In this document: positions 25,590 to 34,500 of the stretch, one piece after another
Numbering within the stretch: the stretch's first letter is position 1
Layout of the letters: each line of letters opens with the position of its first letter
Source of the DNA: Batkoa obscura
Taxonomy: Eukaryota
NCBI GenBank assembly: GCA_030770535.1
Contig: JASVEC010000001.1
Location: forward strand, 248,001-312,000
Length of the DNA stretch: 64,000 nucleotides
Reading direction: 5' to 3'
Made by a program: the position numbers and the translations under genes
Notes under the pieces: model-generated
What the model was told of the DNA's origin: nothing
Database searches by the model: none
What the model saw: only the letters and a program-made list of their open reading frames with translations

Positions 25590-28500
25590 ATGGCCTTACG
25601 TTCTCGTCAACACTCTTTTAGTGCTGGTTTACAAGCCTCACGTCCTTTAAATATCAAAAACAACTCGGTAGAGGTGAGCATCTTGTTTTCTAATGAAATT
25701 TGGAACTCTGCCGAACAACTACGTGAAGAATTCTCTTTACAACCATTACCAGAAACGATCTTACCCGAAGAATTGTCGCCTATCGAACTCATTGCTTTAT
25801 TCCTTAGCTTCGCTGTAGATCGTGCTGAAACTGATGATATCCAATCTTTTTATCCAGTGGTACGTGTAGTATTTTTCCATCTTCGTGATGTGTTTTTAAA
25901 GAAAAACGATGTCCATTCAGCCACAAAACAATTACCCTTGGCTAACCGCAACGTTATAATCCAAGCTTATTTCTATGCCTTAAGTGTACTTCGTAAAGAA
26001 GGCATCCTCTTTGGTGATGATTGCCCAGCCCCAAGCTCAGCTTTATTTACTGCTTCCCGTAAAAAGGATGCTGCCTTATTTGCTGTATTTGGTGGCCAAG
26101 GTAGCAGTGAAGAATACTTTGATGAGCTTGTTGAGCTCTTTAGTCTCTATGAAGGCATCGTGCGTCCTTTCATCACCAAAATGTCTTCAATTTTGAGATC
26201 TCATGCCCTCAGTACAGAGGCTACTGCCTTCCATTCAAAAGGTCTCAACGTCATACGCTGGTTAGAAAACCCAGAATCTCGTCCAGATGTCCCTTATCTT
26301 GTTTCTGCCCCAGTCAGTTTACCAATGATTGGTCTTATCCAACTTACACATTATCTCGTTGCTATGAAAGTGCTGGATATGTCACCAGATCAACTTCGTA
26401 ACCATTTCCACGGAGCCACTGGTCATTCTCAAGGTATTATTTCTGCTGTTGTAATTGCTTCTTCTTCCAATGAAGAAAGCTTTTATGAAAATGCAGAAAA
26501 AGCTTTAGGCTTACTTTTCTGGATTGGTACCCGTTCTCAACAAATCTACCCTCAAGTAACCCTAAATCCAACCATTCTCAAAGACTCCATCTCAAATGGA
26601 GAAGGCAATCCAAGTGTGATGTTAGCTATTTACAATCTCCGTTTAGCCGAAATCCAAAAATATGTAGAAGCTACTAACCAACATTTACCTAAGGATCGTC
26701 AAATTTATATCAATCTTATTAATGGACCACGCTCTATTATCTGTGTTGGTCATCCTCAAAGTTTACATGGTCTTAATTTGACTTTACGTAAAATTAAAGC
26801 ACCATCTGGTTTAGATCAATCCCGTGTCCCACACTCCCAAAGAAAACAAAAGTTTTCTTCCAGATTCTTGCCAATTACTGTTCCTTTCCACAGTGAATAT
26901 TTGGTCAAAGCATCAGAAAGGATAGCTCAAGATATTGCTAATCTCAATTTAGAATTCCGTAGCAAAGATCTTGCTATTCCTATCTCATCCACACTTGATG
27001 GTAAAGATTTACGTAACAGTGAAAATTTAACTGAAGATTTGGTTAACTTAATTTGTGTCCATCCAATCAACTGGGAAAAAGCAACCGATGTATCTTCTCT
27101 TACTCATGTAATTGACTTTGGTCCAGGAGGTACTTCAGGTATTGGTGGTTTGACTTATCGTAACAAAGAAGGTACTGGTGTTCAAGTCATTTTAGCTGGT
27201 ACTCTTCAAGGGGGTAATCAGCATCTTTCTTATAAAGCGGATTTATTTGACAACGACCCAACTGCTGTCAAATATTCTCAAAATTGGAGTGAAGCTTTCC
27301 GCCCAAAATTAGCCAAAATCTCCAGCACTGGGAAGATTTTAGTTGATACTCGTTTCAGTAGATTGATTGGTAAGGCACCTTTAATGGTAGCTGGTATGAC
27401 TCCATGTACTGTCCCTTCCAAATTTGTATCTGCTGTAATTAATGCTGGCTATCATGTTGAATTAGCAGGTGGAGGTCATTTCAGTGAAGAAATGTTCCGT
27501 GATAAAATCAAGGACATTATGAATAAAATTCAACCAGGAGAAAGTATTACCGTTAATATCCTTTTCCTTAATGCTTTCCAATGGGGTTTCCAATTTCCTT
27601 TAGTCCAAAAGATGAAGCAAGAAGGTTATCCAATTGAAGGTATTTGTTGTGCTGCTGGTACTCCATCTCCTGATGTAGCCAATGATATTGTATCTCAAAT
27701 CAAAAATGCTGGCTTAAAACACATTTCCTTCAAACCAGGATCAGTATCTGCTATTCGTCAAGTCATTCAAATTGCTGTCAATAACCCAGACATGCCAATC
27801 ATCATGCAATGGACTGGTGGTCGTGCTGGTGGTCATCATTCTTTTGAAGATTTCCATCAACCAATCCTTGAAACTTATGCTTCCATTCGTCAACAATCTA
27901 ACATCATTTTAATTGCTGGTTCTGGTTTCGGTTCTCATGAAGATACTTTACCTTACATTACTGGTGAATGGTCAGGTATTTATGATTATCCATCTATGCC
28001 TTTTGATGGTGTATTATTTGGTTCTCGTGTTATGGTTGCTGCTGAATCTGAAGCTGCAGATGAAGTTAAGGCTTTAATTGTCAATGCCCCTGGTGTTGAA
28101 GACAAAGACTGGGAAAATACTTATACTCGTGAAACTGGTGGTATTTTAACTGTAAAATCTGAACTTGGCGAGCCTATCCATAAGGTAGCTAACCGTGGTA
28201 TTCGTTTCTGGAAAGAAATGGATGACACTGTCTTTACTTTACCAAAGAACAAACGTCAAGCTGTACTTGATAACAAGAAAGATTACATCATTAAGCGCTT
28301 AAATGCAGATTTCCAAAAGGTATGGTTTGGTAAAAAAGCCGATGGTAAACCAGCTGATCTTCAGGATATGACTTATGCTGAAGTTGTCAATCGCTTAGTT
28401 GAACTTACTTATATTAACCATCAACAACGCTGGATTGATATTTCTCTTCGTCGATTTGTAGGTGACTTTATGGTTCGTTTAGAAGAGCGTTTTATTTCAA

Positions 28501-31500
28501 CTAAAAAAGCATCTTTACTTCAAGATTATAATCAAATTCAACAGCCTCATGAATTTGTCAAATCTTTCCTTGAAGCTTATCCAGAAAGTTCAAAACAATT
28601 ATTAACTACTGAAGATATTCAATATTTCTTAAGTCAGTGTTTACGTCGTGATCAAAAACCAGTACCTTTTATTCCAGTATTAGATTCTAACTTAGAGTTC
28701 TGGTTTAAAAAGGATAGCTTATGGCAGTCTGAAGACTTACAAGCTGTACCTGAACAGGATGTTGAACGTGCTGCTATTCTTCATGGTCCTATTGCTGCTA
28801 AGCATTCTACCGAATACAATGTTCCTGTAAAAGACATTTTAGATGGTATCCATAATGGTCACATCCAAAGTTTATTAAACAAATATTACAACGGTGATGA
28901 ATCTTCTATTCCTATTATCGAATACATTGGTGGTACTCAAAACAACTACCCTGAATATGTCCCAAAGGATGTTTTAGCTATCACTGATCCTGTAAACCCA
29001 GATGTAATTGTTTATGAAACTAGTGCTTCAGGCGCACTCCCAAGTACTGAAGCTTGGCTAGAGCTTGTCTCTGGGCCAAAAGAAGGATGGTTAAGAGCTA
29101 TCCTTACTTCTCCTTTGATTGTACAAGGTAATATGACCGTGAAAAATCCATTACTTAAAGTATTCCGCCCAAGAAGAAATCAAAAAGTAACCATTCAATT
29201 TGCCAATAACAACAATCATTCACTTAAAGTGTATGAAGGTACTGGTAAAAATTCACGCCTTGCTATTAAAGCTGAAATCAATGGTGATAAACAAATTGAT
29301 GTTACCTTCTTTGAAAAGAAGGGTACTGAAGAAGTTGCTTTAACTTTCCCTTACTTGTATAAACCCGAACAAGGTTATGCTCCTATCCATGAAGTAATGG
29401 AAGGTAGAAACGATCGTATCAAAAAGTTCTATTATAATCTTTGGTTTGGTAGTGATGAGTATGATAGTATCAGCAATGATCCTAACTTTGAATTCGTTGC
29501 TCAAGGAGAAAAAGTTTCTCGTGAAGACATCAGCAAGTTCTGTCAAGCAGTTGGTAATCAAGCAGAATTATATGTTGATCGTGGCCAAGATATTTTAACA
29601 GCTCCAGTTGATTTTGCTATTGTTGTTGGATGGAAATCCATTATCAAAGCTATTTTCCCTAAGTTTATCGATGGTGATTTACTCAAATTAGTTCATCTTT
29701 CCAATGGTTTCCGTTTATTTGAAAATGTACGCCCATTACAAAGTGGTGATGTAGTAGATACCCATGCTAAAATCACTGCCTTAGTAAATAATGAATCTGG
29801 TAAATTAGTACAAGTCAAAGGTACTGTTAAGAGAGATGGAGTTGATGTAATGGAAGTTAACAGTCAATTCCTTTACCGTGGTAAATTTACTGACTTTGAA
29901 CATACTTTCCGTAACTCTGATGAAATTCCAATGGAAATTGTATTACCAACTTCAAAAGAAATTGCTGTGCTTAAATCCAAATCTTGGTTCATTTGGGAAC
30001 GTAATGATGTCCATTTAACTCCCGGTTCTACTCTTACTTTCCGTTTAAATACTCATTCCAAATTTAAGTCCACCAATGTTTATTCTGAACTTAAAACAAT
30101 TGGTTCTGTATTTATGCAAATCCCTACTAAAGAAGTAGTTAAAGTAGCTTCAGTCAATTATATCTCTGGTGAATCTCATGGTAACCCAGTAACTGAATAT
30201 CTTAAGAGATTAGGTCAATCCATTGATCAGGCCACTTTATTTGAAAATGGAGGCTATTCAGTTATGCCAAAAGGAGATGATTTCAATTCCTCTGTACAAA
30301 CTCCTTCTTCTAATTTCTCTTACGCTCAAGTATCTCAAGATCTTAACCCTATCCACGTAAACCCTTACTTTGCTGATTTAGCTGATTTACCTGGCACTAT
30401 TACTCATGGTATGTGGTCCAGTGCTTCCACTCGTAAATTTGTTGAAACTTTTGCAGCTGATAATCATCCACTTAGAGTCACTGCTTATGATGTATCTTTC
30501 CAAGGTATGGTACTTCCAGGCGATCAACTTACTACCAATTTATTCCACATTGGTATGCAAGAGGGTAAAAAGATTATTAAAGTTGAAACCATTAATCAAC
30601 ATGGTGATAAAGTTTTAGCTGGTACAGCTGAAGTTGAACAACCTTCTACTGCTTATGTATTTACTGGTCAAGGTTCTCAAGAAGTTGGTATGGGTATGGC
30701 TTTATATGATTCCTCTCCAGTAGCTCGTAAGATTTGGGACCAAGCTGATTCCCATTACTTAAAGAATTATGGATTCTCTATCTTAGATATTGTACGTAAT
30801 AATCCAAAAGAACATACTATCCATTTCGGTGGTAGTGAAGGTAAAGCTATCCGTAAAAACTATATCAGTATGACCTATGATAAAGTGGATGAAGATGGTA
30901 CCGTACGTACTTACCCTATTTTCCCTCAAATTAATGAAAGATCTATTTCATTCACCTTTATTTCTCCTAATGGCTTACTTTCTGCTACCCAATTCACTCA
31001 ACCCGCTTTAACTTTAATGGAAAAAGCTGCGTTTGAAGACATGAAAGCTAAGGGTTTAATTCAACGTGGATGTCCATTTGCTGGTCACTCTTTAGGTGAA
31101 TATGCTGCTTTAGCTGCTATTGGTAAAGTACTCCATGTTGATGCTGTAGCTGATCTTGTTTTCTATCGTGGTATGACTATGCAATCTGCTGTACAAAGAG
31201 ATTCTTTAGGTCGCTCTAACTTTGGTATGGTAGCTGTTAACCCAAGCCGTGTAAGTAAATCCCTCAATGAAACTTACCTTAAATATGTGGTCGATGCTAT
31301 TGCTCATCAAAGTGCTGGTTTACTTCAAATTGTCAATTATAACGTCGAAAACTGGCAATATGTTGTTTCTGGTGAATTAACTAATCTCGAAACTTTAGCT
31401 AATGTCTTAAATTACATGAAATCATCCAACATTGATTTAGCTAATTTGATGAAGACAATGACTCTAGATCAAGTTAAAGAGCATCTTACTTCTATTATTT

Positions 31501-34500
31501 CAGTTGCTTTAGAAAAGGCCAAAGATAAAAAAGAAAAATCTGGTGGTCGTTTAGTATTAGAACGTGGTTATGCTACCATTCCACTTCCAGGTATTGATGT
31601 ACCTTTTCACTCTCATTTCTTGTTAAGTGGTGTTGTTCCTTTCCGTACTTATATTCTTCAAAAGATTGATCCAAGTAACATTGATGTTGCTTTACTTACT
31701 GGTAGATATATTCCTAATTTAACTGCTATTCCTTATAGAGTAGATAAAGAATACTTTGAATATGTTTATAAAATTACAAACAGTAGTAGAGTTAACAAAG
31801 TACTTAAGAATTGGGATGATGAAGCTAACTTTAATCCAGCTCAATTACAACAATTAGGTTATATTTTATTAGTCGAATTACTTGCCTTCCAATTTGCTTC
31901 TCCAGTGAGATGGATTGAAACTCAAGATCAATTATTTAAAGAATATGGTGTTGAAAGATTAATTGAAATTGGTCCATCTCCAACACTTTCTGGTATGGCT
32001 GATCGTACTCTTAAATTTAAATACGCTGCTTATGATGATGCCCTCAATTTACAACGTGCTTCCCTTTGTTTCTCTAAACATGAAAGAGAAATTTATTATG
32101 CTGTTGAGCCAGAAGAAGAAGCTGCTCCTACTACTACCGGAAACGAAGCTACTCAAATTGAAAGCAAATCTGCTCCTGCTCCTGCTCCTGCTGCCGTATC
32201 AGCACCAAGAGGTCCAGCTGTTGCCTTAGATGATGTACCAGTTAATGCAGTTGATGTACTTCATGTTATCATTGCTCAAAAACTTAAAAAAGAATTGAGT
32301 GCCATTTCATTATCTAAAGCGATTAAAGATTTAGTAGGTGGTAAGAGTACGTTACAAAATGAAATTCTTGGTGATTTACAAAAAGAATTTGGTAATAACG
32401 TACCTGAAAAACCAGAAGAAACACCATTGGATGAACTTGGTGCTGCTTTAACTCCTGGTTTCTCTGGTAATTTAGGAAAACATACTTCTTCTTTGATTTC
32501 TAAACTAGCTGCTTCCAAATTACCTGGTGGTTTCACTCAAAGTAATGCTCGTAGTTACCTTGGTTCTACTTATGGTTTAGGTCAAGGTCGTACTGACGCC
32601 ACCCTCCTTATTGGTTTAACTCAAGAGCCAGCTGCTCGTCTTGGTTCTGAGCAAGACGCCAAAGCTTGGTTAGATTCTATTGCTCAAACTTATGCAGCTC
32701 ATGCCAAAATCTCATTATCCTCTGGTGGTAGTGGTGATTCAGGTGCCGGTTCAGCAGGCGGTGTTGTGATTGATAGTGCCGAATTTAATGCCTTAACTAA
32801 GAAACAAAATGATCTTTATAAACGTCAAATTCAGTTATTAGCTCAATACCTTGGTGAAGATCAATATATTACTACTAAATTATTGGATGCTGAAAAGACA
32901 AGAAGTGACATTTTACAAAAAGAATTAGATCTCTTCCAAGCTGAGCATGGTGATGAATATATTTCAAGTATTAAACCAGCATTCGATAGTAAGAAAGTCA
33001 GAGTTTATAACTCTTATTGGAATTGGTCACGTCAAGATGCTCTTAATCTTTATTATGATTTCGTCTTTGGAAATATTACCGATGTTGATCGTAATATTAC
33101 TGCCCAATGTTTACATTTAATGAATCGTTCGGACCCTAGTTTAGTTGATTTTATGAAGTATTATATTGACAATTGTCCAGCTGAAAAAGGTGGCAATTAT
33201 AAAACCACTAAAGAATTTGGTAAGTTATTAATTGAAAATGTTCAAGCCTCTTTGGAACACCCACCAGTTTATAAAGATGTAACTTTCCCAATGGCTCCAT
33301 CCACTCAAATTTCTGAAAAAGGGGATATTACTTATAAAGAAATTCATCGTCCAGGTGTTAGAAAATTAGCTCATTACGTTAAAGAAATGACTAGGGGTTC
33401 TAATCTAACTGAATTTAGTGGACGTCAACAAATCCAACAAAATCTTGGTCGTATGTTAAAGATTGTCCAACATCAACCAAGAGTTAAGAAAGCATATAAA
33501 GAAGAGATTAAATATTTATATACTGATGTTATGAGATCTTTAGCTTTAAATCAATCAGGTATTAAAGCTGAGAAAACTTCGAAGATTCGCCGCTCTGTTA
33601 AACCAAATGGTATTAAAAAACAAGATGGCTCTAACAAGGAATCATTACCTTTCCTCTTACTTAAAAAGAAGGATCATATTCACGGTTGGGAATATAATAC
33701 TAAACTTACTTCCATTTATCTTGAAGGTCTTAATGAAATGTGTAATTCTGGTCTATCTTTGGTTAATAAGAAAGTCTTGGTTACTGGTTGTGGACGTAAA
33801 TCCATTGGTTCCGAAATTGTATGTTCCTTACTTTCTGGTGGTGCTCAAGTCATTGTCACTACTTCAAGGTTCAATCGTGCTGCTACCAATTATTATCAAG
33901 GTTTGTATCAACGTTATGGTGCCAAAGGTTCTTCTTTGATCGTATTACCATTTAACCAAGGCTCCAAACAAGATGTTGAAAATTTAGTCAATTATATTTA
34001 TAATACTGATGAAAAAGCAGGTCTTAATTGGGATTTAGATTGTATTATTCCATTTGCTGCTGTACCTGAAAATGGCCGTGAAATTACAGATATTGATGGA
34101 AGATCAGAATTTGCTCATAGAGTCATGCTTACCAATTTATTACGTTTATTAGGTTCTGTTAAAACTAAAAAACAAAGCCTTGGTTATCATACTCGACCAG
34201 CTCAAGTAATTGTACCATTATCACCTAATCATGGTATCTTTGGTTCTGATGGTCTTTATTCGGAATCTAAATTATCACTAGAAAATTTAATGAATCGTTG
34301 GAAATCGGAATCTTGGGGTAATTATCTTACTATTGTTGGTTGTGTCATTGGATGGACTCGTGGTACTGGTTTAATGGAACAAAATAATATTGTTTGTGAA
34401 GGTTTAGAAAAATTCGGTGTTAGAACGTTTTCAACTCAAGAAATGGCTTTTAATATCCTTGGTCTTTTACATCCAAATGTAGTTGATTTAGCTCAAATTG